From an uncultured Myxococcales bacterium (lineage in GTDB: Bacteria > Myxococcota_A > Bradymonadia > UBA7976 > UBA1532), in the NCBI GenBank assembly GCA_937902595.1, contig CALELH010000389.1, positions 1 to 45,730 on the forward strand: a stretch of 45,730 nucleotides of DNA, read 5' to 3'. A model generated the notes under the pieces. That model saw only the letters and a program-made list of their open reading frames with translations, had not been told where the DNA came from and searched no databases. Positions 16,168-24,068 of the stretch are shown one piece after another. Position numbers and translations under genes: made by a program. Numbering within the stretch: the stretch's first letter is position 1; each line of letters begins with the position of its first letter.

Positions 16168-17153
16168 TCAGGCAACACGATCTGCTCATCTATTTGACCG
16201 CTGGCGGTCACGCCATCCCAGACCACAGAATCTTCTAGTTGGCTGCCGCGAGTCACGCGGCTTTGTCTTCCTAAGAATACGTGTGGACCGATAGAGGTAT
16301 CGGCCTCGATGATGGCTTCGTCGAGTATTACACAGGGCCCAATAAGCTGTGCGCTTGGATGGATCTCGGCGCTTGATGATATCCGTCTGCCTTGATCATC
16401 TGCCTCAGGGAGGTGGGACCCTTGCAGTCGACCATCCAAGAAGGCTCGATGGGCGGCTAGATATCGTTCAGGCGTGCCGACATCTAGCCACAAGCTCTCC
16501 GGGGCGACGAAGTCACCGTAGATCGGCCCCAAGTCGCTCAAGACTGTCTGGTAAGCAGACCGCAGGATATCGCATGGTCCGTCTGGTATTGCTTTGATGA
16601 GTTCCGGCTCAATAATTTGAACCCCGGTATATGCGCCATAGAATAAAGTTAGCGCGTCTGCGCCTGGAGCGCTTAGCTCTGCGATCCTGTGAAGCAGTCC
16701 GCCGCCATCGATTGCGACGCGTCCAAATGGTGCGCCGGGAGGAACATAGCGTAAGACGAGGGTGCCCAGCGCACCTCGTTGACGATGCCGACGAAGTATA
16801 GGCGCGAGGTCAAAATCGAATAAGGCGTCACCGTTGATCACGACGAAGGTTGAGTCTGGGCGCTGAGCCGCGATGTCTCTAATCCCACCCCCTGTGCCCT
16901 GAAGGACCTCCTCGTGCACCACGTAGATCTCTTCATCACGATGACCAAACGCGTTCGTTAATCGAGTTCCTAGGTGGTGTGCGTTTACGCCTATCGTGTT
17001 GATACCCAGCTTGCTGAGGTGATCGAATGCATATTCGAGGAGCGCCCTGCCTGCTACGGGGACAAGCGGCTTGGGCAAATGATTGGTAAGGGGCCTAAGG
17101 CGTGTTCCCTTACCTGCGGCCAAGACGGCACCAATAATCGGTCTCTCGTTCAT
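16152..17153 (-). CDS. Sugar-1-phosphate nucleotidyltransferase with a C-terminal left-handed beta-helix (mannose-1-P guanylyltransferase-like)
   Basis: The ATG at 17153 is preceded by AGGAGA. It has a GAVLAAGKGTRLRPLTNHLPKPLVPV N-terminal signature and hexapeptide-like repeats at the C-terminus. Its 3' end overlaps the PP2C 3' end by 16 nt. Confidence 0.8.
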   Translation of the reverse strand: MNERPIIGAVLAAGKGTRLRPLTNHLPKPLVPVAGRALLEYAFDHLSKLGINTIGVNAHHLGTRLTNAFGHRDEEIYVVHEEVLQGTGGGIRDIAAQRPDSTFVVINGDALFDFDLAPILRRHRQRGALGTLVLRYVPPGAPFGRVAIDGGGLLHRIAELSAPGADALTLFYGAYTGVQIIEPELIKAIPDGPCDILRSAYQTVLSDLGPIYGDFVAPESLWLDVGTPERYLAAHRAFLDGRLQGSHLPEADDQGRRISSSAEIHPSAQLIGPCVILDEAIIEADTSIGPHVFLGRQSRVTRGSQLEDSVVWDGVTASGQIDEQIVLPDYSPS

Positions 17154-17256
17154 GTAATCATTCTCCTGCGGACAATCACCTCTGACCCAGATAGGCATTA
17201 GAAGTCAACCCGGGAAAATATGGTAAAGATGTATTGTTGTATTTGGATTAGGACCC

Positions 17257-19248
17257 ATGGCTCACGGACGCAATGCTGAGGTTTTCGGAGGTCTCTTAGG
17301 GCTTGGGCTCTGCGCTCTGCTCTGCGTGACTTTAGGATGTGATCGACCGGACACTCACCTCGCTTCACCACCCAACCCTGATTTGCGGTCTCGAGTCGAT
17401 GCGGCGACCCCGCATACATCATCTCTCGTGGTCAGCAGGGATAACGCTGTCTCCAATGCGGGTGCCTCGGGAAGGTATCGACTCCTCATAGAGGACCCGA
17501 ACTCTAACTTGCGGATGATCGTTCCCTTAGGATCTTCGGGTGACTCATGGCCGCGAACGACAGAGATTCCCAGTGATCTGCTTGGCCGCTATCGACTCAC
17601 GGCGTTCTTGGATCGGTCAGACAATGGGGCGTTCGATGATTGCCCATTTCCGGCAGGGCCTTTCGACTCAGAGTCGGCCGAGAAGCGAGATAATATTCAA
17701 GCGAGTCAGAATGTAGTTCTACCGAGCCAAGAGCCGATTGAGATGACGCTCACGCATCGCAGTTGTGGTCCTGGTGGACAGGCGACCGGTGTCTCTGGCC
17801 GGGTGGAGGGCCTCCCGGCCTCGAAGAGACTCTACCTGCTCGCTGAACGGCAGAGCGTGTCGCCTCAACCACTCGATGATGGAACTGACGTCGTCCTCCG
17901 GGCTCCATTGCCACTGGGGAAGGATGAGGATGGTGCCTACACCTTTAGTGTGGGAGAGCTTTTATCCGGCCGTTATGACATTACGATTTTCACCGATGAG
18001 GATGGGGATTTGACTCCTTCATCGTGTCAAGAGCCTCACGGTGGTGCAGACGTTTTCGTAAAGAAGATCGAGGATATAGATATCGCTTCCGGAACTCGAA
18101 GAGTCCTTGATTCGATCGCTTATATCGACGGAGATTGCGCGGAACCTCTCACAGGATTGACCGGAACAATCAGCGTTGATCAGGAGTCCATCGATGAAGC
18201 GTCGACAGCGGCGTCCATCGATATGGAGCCGCTCAATATCGACGTTGGAAAAGTGTGGGTTAGACTTCTTGATCCAGATCTTATCCAGGACGAGATCTTC
18301 AGGTCGGTTCAGCCCAGCTTGAATGCTCGGCCGATGCCTCTGAAATATACTGTCACCGGGGTTCCGCCCGGCCTGTGGAGTCTCAGCGTATTCTTAGATC
18401 GCGACGCTGATGGAGCATTCAAGCCATGTAACGCTGTGCCGGCTGGCTTCGACAAGGTCACAGGAGATGGTGAGCTTGTTCGTGTACTTGATGATCAAAT
18501 CGTAGACGCGGGTAACGTTGAATTGAAGGCCCAGGATTGCGGTTCGAACGCGCAGGCGGGAGTAACCGCGACGGTCAGCGTAGAGTCAGAGATGGGCGCG
18601 ATTGGCTCGGGCAGAAAGATCTTTATGGTGCTTGAGCCCGAGGATTCAGCATCTGAGCCTGAGAAGTATCTGATCTTTGATAATCATCGCGATCTGCTGG
18701 GCATGCCGACCTTATTTACCAAGGAGGTACCAGCGGGTCAGTACCTCGGGCGTCTATTCCTCGATACTGACCGAAACGGCGAATTATCAAGATGTGATGA
18801 AGAGGGGTTCGGAGACCGGCAGGTTAGTCGAGAGTTTGGAATCCAGTTGGGCGTCGGGGAGCTCCACTCTCTCGGGCGAGTCTCTCTAGAAAATATTGGG
18901 TGTCGTGTGCCTGAAACGACACTGACGCTAAGGATTGTCCCCCCTGTTCAATTACCGCTTAACCCACCCGAGGAGCTGTCAGTTCGGATCGATGATATCG
19001 GTGGATGGACGGAGACCAAGAAATACACGCCGGAGATTAAGGAAAACCAGTGGGAGATTGGTCCCATTTCGCTCGTTCCCGGCACGTTTACTTTGACCGT
19101 CTACATCGACACTGATGGCAACGATGAATTCACCGGATGTGACGAAGGCGGGGGCGATCTATATGGCGGGAGTTACAGCCATGAGTTCGAACGTCAAAAT
19201 ACAAGTGTCACAACGGAAATACGGCTTGAGGCCCTCGTTTGCCGGTAG
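17257..19248 (+). CDS. Lipoprotein built from five divergent modules of about 115-135 aa, each with an acidic DxDxDG-like loop and conserved Cys
   Basis: It has a lipobox (LLCVTLGC). The five motif occurrences are RYRLTAFLDRSDNGAFDDC (about 17605), RYDITIFTDEDGDLTPSSC (about 17985), LWSLSVFLDRDADGAFKPC (about 18388), QYLGRLFLDTDRNGELSRC (about 18755) and TFTLTVYIDTDGNDEFTGC (about 19099). Each is followed by a second Cys near the module end. Confidence 0.8.
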   Translation: MAHGRNAEVFGGLLGLGLCALLCVTLGCDRPDTHLASPPNPDLRSRVDAATPHTSSLVVSRDNAVSNAGASGRYRLLIEDPNSNLRMIVPLGSSGDSWPRTTEIPSDLLGRYRLTAFLDRSDNGAFDDCPFPAGPFDSESAEKRDNIQASQNVVLPSQEPIEMTLTHRSCGPGGQATGVSGRVEGLPASKRLYLLAERQSVSPQPLDDGTDVVLRAPLPLGKDEDGAYTFSVGELLSGRYDITIFTDEDGDLTPSSCQEPHGGADVFVKKIEDIDIASGTRRVLDSIAYIDGDCAEPLTGLTGTISVDQESIDEASTAASIDMEPLNIDVGKVWVRLLDPDLIQDEIFRSVQPSLNARPMPLKYTVTGVPPGLWSLSVFLDRDADGAFKPCNAVPAGFDKVTGDGELVRVLDDQIVDAGNVELKAQDCGSNAQAGVTATVSVESEMGAIGSGRKIFMVLEPEDSASEPEKYLIFDNHRDLLGMPTLFTKEVPAGQYLGRLFLDTDRNGELSRCDEEGFGDRQVSREFGIQLGVGELHSLGRVSLENIGCRVPETTLTLRIVPPVQLPLNPPEELSVRIDDIGGWTETKKYTPEIKENQWEIGPISLVPGTFTLTVYIDTDGNDEFTGCDEGGGDLYGGSYSHEFERQNTSVTTEIRLEALVCR

Positions 19249-19273
19249 GGAGAAGGCCCTCAATTCTGGATCG

Positions 19274-19302
19274 TTGACAGCTCGACTTTGTATCCATATA
19301 CT
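19274..19302 (+). promoter_or_regulatory. Near-consensus sigma-70 promoter for the GT2 gene
   Basis: TTGACA (19274-19279), a 17-nt spacer, then TATACT (19297-19302). It ends 38 nt upstream of the ATG at 19341. Confidence 0.6.
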
Positions 19303-19340
19303 CCGCCGCCTTTTAACGTCCCTTCGAGGCTACGTTTCTA

Positions 19341-20828
19341 ATGGATACTGCAGAGATAGTATTTCTCGCCATTTATTGCCTGATCTTGGTCGGGTTGTGC
19401 TTTTACGGTGCGCATCGATATCACATGGCGTGGTTGTATCATCGTCACCGTGATGAAGTTCCGGAGATGCCCGAAGCAGAGGGTTTTTATCCGCGTGTGA
19501 CTATCCAGCTACCTATCTTTAACGAGCGCTACGTCATTGAGCGCCTCGTTGAGTATGTATGTGAGATCCGATACCCACGGGACCGCTTGGAGATCCAGGT
19601 TCTCGATGACTCTACGGACGACACGACTGAGTTCGCAAGGCGGGCCGTGGCGAGGGCGAAGGCGCTCGGGATGGACATCAAGTATATCCATCGAACAGAT
19701 CGTACAGGTTTCAAAGCTGGCGCTTTAGAGGCAGGGATGAAGGTGGCGTCCGGCGAGTTTGTCGCTGTGTTTGACGCTGACTTCACGCCGACTCCTGACT
19801 TCCTCGAAAAGACGGTTCCATATTTCGTAAATGATAATATCGGGATGGTTCAAGCTCGTTGGGACCACATTAACCGAAACTTTTCTCTCCTGACTCAGGC
19901 CCAGAGTATTCTCTTAGATGGTCACTTTGTCATCGAGCACACAGCACGAAATCGCTCAGGCCGTTTCTTTAACTTCAACGGCACAGCAGGGATTTGGCGA
20001 AAGTCTTGTATCCAGGATGCTGGTGGATGGGATCACGACACACTGACCGAGGACCTCGATTTGTCCTACCGCGCTCAATTGAAGGGGTGGAACTTCATTT
20101 TCTTGAATGACCTCTTGGCGCCGGCAGAGGTTCCGGTGGAGATGAACGCGTTTAAGACTCAGCAGCATCGATGGGCGAAGGGGTCCATACAGGTTGGCCT
20201 GAAGATGTTACCCACGATACTCAATAGCGATCAGCCCTCTAAGGTGAAGATGGAGGCGTTTATCCATCTCACCAATAATCTCGCTTATGTCATGATGCTA
20301 ATCTTGTCTCTTATGATGCCTTTTGCGCTTCGGATCCGGGTTGACCATGGCATGTATGAGACCTTGCTATTGGATTTGCCCTTCTTCGTAGGCGCGACCA
20401 TCTCGGTCTGCACGTTTTATGTTATGAGCCAGCGTGAGGCTGGGGGGAATTGGCTGCAACGCATCCTATGTATCCCCTTTGTACTCGCTCTAGGCATCGG
20501 CCTGGCTGTGAACAACGCCCTGGCCACCTTTGAAGCGCTCTTTGGACATGAGTCTCCTTTCGTCCGAACACCCAAGCTCGCGGTTGAAGGAAAGAACGCG
20601 TCCGCTGTTCAGACGACGAAGTACCGAGGGGGCAGAAATCTTCTACCCTTCGTCGAGCTCTTCTTCGCAGCTGTGTACACCCACACCCTGTTCTACTGTA
20701 TTGAGAACTCTCTGTGGTTTGCGTTGCCCTTCATGATGCTTTTCCAGCTTGGCTTCCTATATACCGGGCTTATGAGCTTGTTTCAGTGGACGGCGCTACG
20801 TCGTCGGCTGACCGCAGCACACGCATAA
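19341..20828 (+). CDS. Membrane-embedded family 2 glycosyltransferase, processive-synthase type (CslA / monoglucosyl-DAG-synthase-like)
   Basis: 495 aa. It has an N-terminal TM, then QLPIFNERYV...IQVLDDSTDDT, FDADF, TEDLDLSYR and QQHRWAKG (QxxRW), followed by several C-terminal TM helices. Confidence 0.85.
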   Translation: MDTAEIVFLAIYCLILVGLCFYGAHRYHMAWLYHRHRDEVPEMPEAEGFYPRVTIQLPIFNERYVIERLVEYVCEIRYPRDRLEIQVLDDSTDDTTEFARRAVARAKALGMDIKYIHRTDRTGFKAGALEAGMKVASGEFVAVFDADFTPTPDFLEKTVPYFVNDNIGMVQARWDHINRNFSLLTQAQSILLDGHFVIEHTARNRSGRFFNFNGTAGIWRKSCIQDAGGWDHDTLTEDLDLSYRAQLKGWNFIFLNDLLAPAEVPVEMNAFKTQQHRWAKGSIQVGLKMLPTILNSDQPSKVKMEAFIHLTNNLAYVMMLILSLMMPFALRIRVDHGMYETLLLDLPFFVGATISVCTFYVMSQREAGGNWLQRILCIPFVLALGIGLAVNNALATFEALFGHESPFVRTPKLAVEGKNASAVQTTKYRGGRNLLPFVELFFAAVYTHTLFYCIENSLWFALPFMMLFQLGFLYTGLMSLFQWTALRRRLTAAHA

Positions 20829-20842
20829 ATGTCGTAGTTCGG

Positions 20843-22336
20843 TTGACTCTCCTTAGGCAGATTCCAGCGTCCGAGAGATCAGTTCTTGGCGCAGGTTTGG
20901 CTGTAGCACTCTTACCAATCGCGCTCTACACCTTCGCCTCGGCGGCCAGCCAGATATCTATGGTCGTGGCTGGCTACGCCTTAGGTACGATTCCATTTCT
21001 TTGGGTCTGCCTCTTCTGGCGAGATTTAGGTGACGAGCGGTCTACCCTCATTAGGGTGCTTGTCACTGCCCTCATATGTCGGCTGGGTCTCCTCTACATT
21101 CCTCCTATCTTATCGGAGGATCTGTGGAGATATATTTGGGACGGGATGCACATTTGGTCTGGCCTGAGTCCGTATACGGTTCCACCCAACGCACCCAGCG
21201 AAGACATATTCAGTAGCCTTCATCAATTGAGCGATGTTCGCGCACAGATTGGTCACTCCGAGATCTCGACGATCTATCCGCCGACAGCTCAGCTCTCGTT
21301 TGCCATAGCGACATCTCTAGGGCCATCGGTTTTGGGCATGCGGCTACTCATGATCTCTGCAGACTTGGTCACCATTGGCGCTCTATGGACTTGGGCCACC
21401 TCCATCGGCCGCCCACCACAGGTGGCGGCGCTATATGCCTTTGCTCCTATCGCCATGATGGAGTCTTCGGTGGGTGCCCATATAGATAGCGTTGGAGTCG
21501 CTGCTTTGACTTTGGGCGCCGCGCTCTACGTTCGGCGCCGTACGCTCGGGTCTGCTCTCGCTGTGGTGTGGGCCATTGGCGTGAAGATTGTCCCAGTCTT
21601 CATATTGCTTCATTGGTTCCGTAATCGCTGGCGCCTGGCTCTCTTTACCTTCGGTCTCGCCAGCTCATCTGCTCTCCTCTTCTTCTCTCTGTATCCCGCA
21701 GGCTCAGATGGTGTCGCTACATATGCTCACCGATGGAGAGCCAACGATGGGATCTTCAGCTTAGTCTATTCTATTTTCGAGTGGCTGTGGCCCAATCACG
21801 GAACGCAGATCGAGGTTGGACCCTTCGTTGAATCAGTGATTCGACTGGTAGTGGGCGGGGAAGTGACGCCAGGGTTTGTTTGGCCCGATGAACTGGCCTT
21901 TGGTGCGGCCAAGGTCTGCGCAGGGATCATCTTTGTCGTAAGCCTCTTGTTCGCTCTCGTGAGGGCGCGAACTGTCGAGGGTTTTTGGCTATGGGTGATG
22001 GGAACACTCCTTCTGATCTCGCCTGTTGTCCATCCTTGGTATCTGCTGTGGGTTCTGCCCTCTGCGGCGCTAATATTGTCTCGGGAGAGAGGCGGTTGGG
22101 GCTGGGTGTTTGTGCTTTGGTCACAGCTGGTTTGGCTCGCATATCTCCCGCGTCAGGCGTATGTCGTGAGCGGGGTTTGGTCTGAGCCAACCTGGGCACG
22201 TTGGCTACAGTATCTTCCGGTTTTTATCCTCATTTGTGTCCTCTGCGTGAAGCATCTCGTCGCAGATTCAGGAGGTCGGGAAGAAACGGGCCCCGAGGAG
22301 GAACTCGACGTTTCCATGACCCCCGAGGATGGGTGA
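20843..22336 (+). CDS. Polytopic GT-C-like membrane protein (DUF2029 / PIG-M-like mannosyltransferase family, tentative)
   Basis: It has many TM helices and an early loop, SEDLWRYIWDGMHIWSGLSPY, that resembles the acidic first-loop motif of GT-C enzymes. The start is unresolved. There is no in-frame ATG between the GT2 stop and TM1, so the options are TTG at 20843, TTG at 20897 or GTG at 20714 (115-nt overlap). Confidence 0.6.
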   Translation: MTLLRQIPASERSVLGAGLAVALLPIALYTFASAASQISMVVAGYALGTIPFLWVCLFWRDLGDERSTLIRVLVTALICRLGLLYIPPILSEDLWRYIWDGMHIWSGLSPYTVPPNAPSEDIFSSLHQLSDVRAQIGHSEISTIYPPTAQLSFAIATSLGPSVLGMRLLMISADLVTIGALWTWATSIGRPPQVAALYAFAPIAMMESSVGAHIDSVGVAALTLGAALYVRRRTLGSALAVVWAIGVKIVPVFILLHWFRNRWRLALFTFGLASSSALLFFSLYPAGSDGVATYAHRWRANDGIFSLVYSIFEWLWPNHGTQIEVGPFVESVIRLVVGGEVTPGFVWPDELAFGAAKVCAGIIFVVSLLFALVRARTVEGFWLWVMGTLLLISPVVHPWYLLWVLPSAALILSRERGGWGWVFVLWSQLVWLAYLPRQAYVVSGVWSEPTWARWLQYLPVFILICVLCVKHLVADSGGREETGPEEELDVSMTPEDG

Positions 22337-23014
22337 TCTTACGACCCCCATACTTTCGCCACCAAGACGGGTAACGGCCTCTTCAATACGACGGCATACG
22401 CGCTGATGAACGCTCGCATCTCTGACGATGCCACCTTCGCCGACCTCATGGCGATCCGCCTCAAATTGAGGCTTGATCAATAAGAGGGCTATGGAGCTTT
22501 CGGCCAGGAGAGGTAAGACCGGCGGAAGCAGTCTGGTGAGCGTGTTAAATGAGATATCGGCTACCAGCACATCGATGGGCTCTGGGATCTCTAAACTCGT
22601 GAGCTTAGCTGCGTGGGTCCTCTCGAGGTTAATCACTCGTTCATCTTGTCGAAGAGACCAATCCAGCAGCCCGTATCCTACGTCAACAGCGTAGACTTTT
22701 TGAGCGCCGGCCTGGATCAGGCAATCTGTAAACCCACCCGTGCTCGCCCCAAGGTCAAGACAGATGAGATCTTCGACGTTGACGTCGAACTCCTTCAAGG
22801 CGTGTTCAAGCTTGAGTCCGCCGCGACTCACAAATCGATGACTTCTGCGCCCCCGGATGCGAATCGGCACATCACTGTTAAAACGTGTTCCAGACTTGTC
22901 TACACGGTGCTCCCGAACAATCACCTCGCCAGCCATGATGCGCGCGCGCGCCTCTGGCAGATCTTCCACGAGCTCGCGGTCGACGAGGAGTTGGTCCAGG
23001 CGCACCTTGGCCAT
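22268..23014 (-). CDS. tlyA: TlyA-family rRNA 2'-O-methyltransferase (S4 plus FtsJ domains)
   Basis: 248 aa. It has MAKVRLDQLLVDRELV...ARARIMAGEV (S4-like) and FVSRGGLKLEHAL...CLDLGASTGGFTDCL (SAM site). The start overlaps the ispA stop (TAATG). Confidence 0.9.
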   Translation of the reverse strand: MAKVRLDQLLVDRELVEDLPEARARIMAGEVIVREHRVDKSGTRFNSDVPIRIRGRRSHRFVSRGGLKLEHALKEFDVNVEDLICLDLGASTGGFTDCLIQAGAQKVYAVDVGYGLLDWSLRQDERVINLERTHAAKLTSLEIPEPIDVLVADISFNTLTRLLPPVLPLLAESSIALLLIKPQFEADRHEVGEGGIVRDASVHQRVCRRIEEAVTRLGGESMGVVRSPILGGHGNVEFLLGARFFPTS

Positions 23015-23853
23015 TAAACGGTCCGGTTTCTGATCTGGGTGACGAGATCTATGAGGAGAGACGCGTCTTGCCCAAGGTGAGTGACGGCCTCTTCCGCTTG
23101 CTGCGCCGTCGCGTCACGGTATTCGAGAACGGCCGCAGTAGACATGTGATGAAGCAGGTTGTTTCCACCTGATGCAGCGTCTTCATCTCGATCCAGGATG
23201 TCGTCCGTAATCTGAAAGAGCAGACCCAAAGCGGCGCCGTAACGAGCGATCGCCGATATGTCTGTGTCTGAAGCACCCACGGCGATGGCTGATCCTTCGG
23301 CAGCCGCTCGTATGAGAGCCCCTGTCTTGAGGCGTTGCATCTCTTCGACAGCCTCTAGGTCGTTAAGCTGGCCGCCGATGTCATGTACCTGGCCGCCAAC
23401 CATTCCAGAGCCACCGGCGGCTCGGTCTAAGGTCTGGATCAAGCGAAGGGTGCGCTCCGCCGGCCATTGTGCGCTCGCGAGGACCCCAAAGGCGCGGGTG
23501 AGCAGCGCGTCACCTGCCAGCACCGCGTTGGCCTCGCCGTACACGATATGACAGGTCGGCCGGCCTCTTCGGACGTCATCGTCATCCATGCAGGGAAGAT
23601 CGTCATGCACGAGACTATAGGTGTGCACCATCTCAACAGCGATGGCCCAGGGCATGACGTCCGAATACTGAGCACCCAATGCACGACTCGTCATTAGAGA
23701 GAGCACCGCCCTTATTCTCTTTCCACCACCAAAGAGCACATGCTCGCAGGCGCTGCGAAGTGTCTTGGGCCATGGCCAAGCATCGAACTCGGCCCTTAAG
23801 GCGTCCTCGAATATAGAGCGTGTCTCGCTCATCTCTTCGATCAATTGACTCAC
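23014..23853 (-). CDS. ispA: (2E,6E)-farnesyl/geranylgeranyl diphosphate synthase
   Basis: It has FARM (LVHDDLPCMDDDDVRRGRPT) and SARM (FQITDDILD). The GTG start overlaps the xseB stop (GTGA). An alternative ATG lies at 23832. Confidence 0.9.
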   Translation of the reverse strand: MSQLIEEMSETRSIFEDALRAEFDAWPWPKTLRSACEHVLFGGGKRIRAVLSLMTSRALGAQYSDVMPWAIAVEMVHTYSLVHDDLPCMDDDDVRRGRPTCHIVYGEANAVLAGDALLTRAFGVLASAQWPAERTLRLIQTLDRAAGGSGMVGGQVHDIGGQLNDLEAVEEMQRLKTGALIRAAAEGSAIAVGASDTDISAIARYGAALGLLFQITDDILDRDEDAASGGNNLLHHMSTAAVLEYRDATAQQAEEAVTHLGQDASLLIDLVTQIRNRTV

Positions 23854-24068
23854 TCGTCATCCCCATCATCAGAGAGCTTCTTCTGCAGCTCCTCAATTCT
23901 TTGCTCTGCACCCTCAAGCAGGCGATTTCCGGTCCGGGCGAGTCCGACGCCCTCTTCATAGACCTTGAGGGCGTCCTCTAGAGAGAGCCCGCCTGACTCA
24001 AGCGTCTCGACCAAAGCATCAAGGCGCCCGATCACGTCCTCAAACCGTTCGGTGTTTTCCTCAGTCAT
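23850..24068 (-). CDS. xseB: Exodeoxyribonuclease VII small subunit
   Basis: 72 aa. FEDVIGRLDALVETLESGGLSLEDALKVYEEGVGL is typical of XseB. The start overlaps the xseA stop (TAATG). Confidence 0.9.
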   Translation of the reverse strand: MTEENTERFEDVIGRLDALVETLESGGLSLEDALKVYEEGVGLARTGNRLLEGAEQRIEELQKKLSDDGDDE

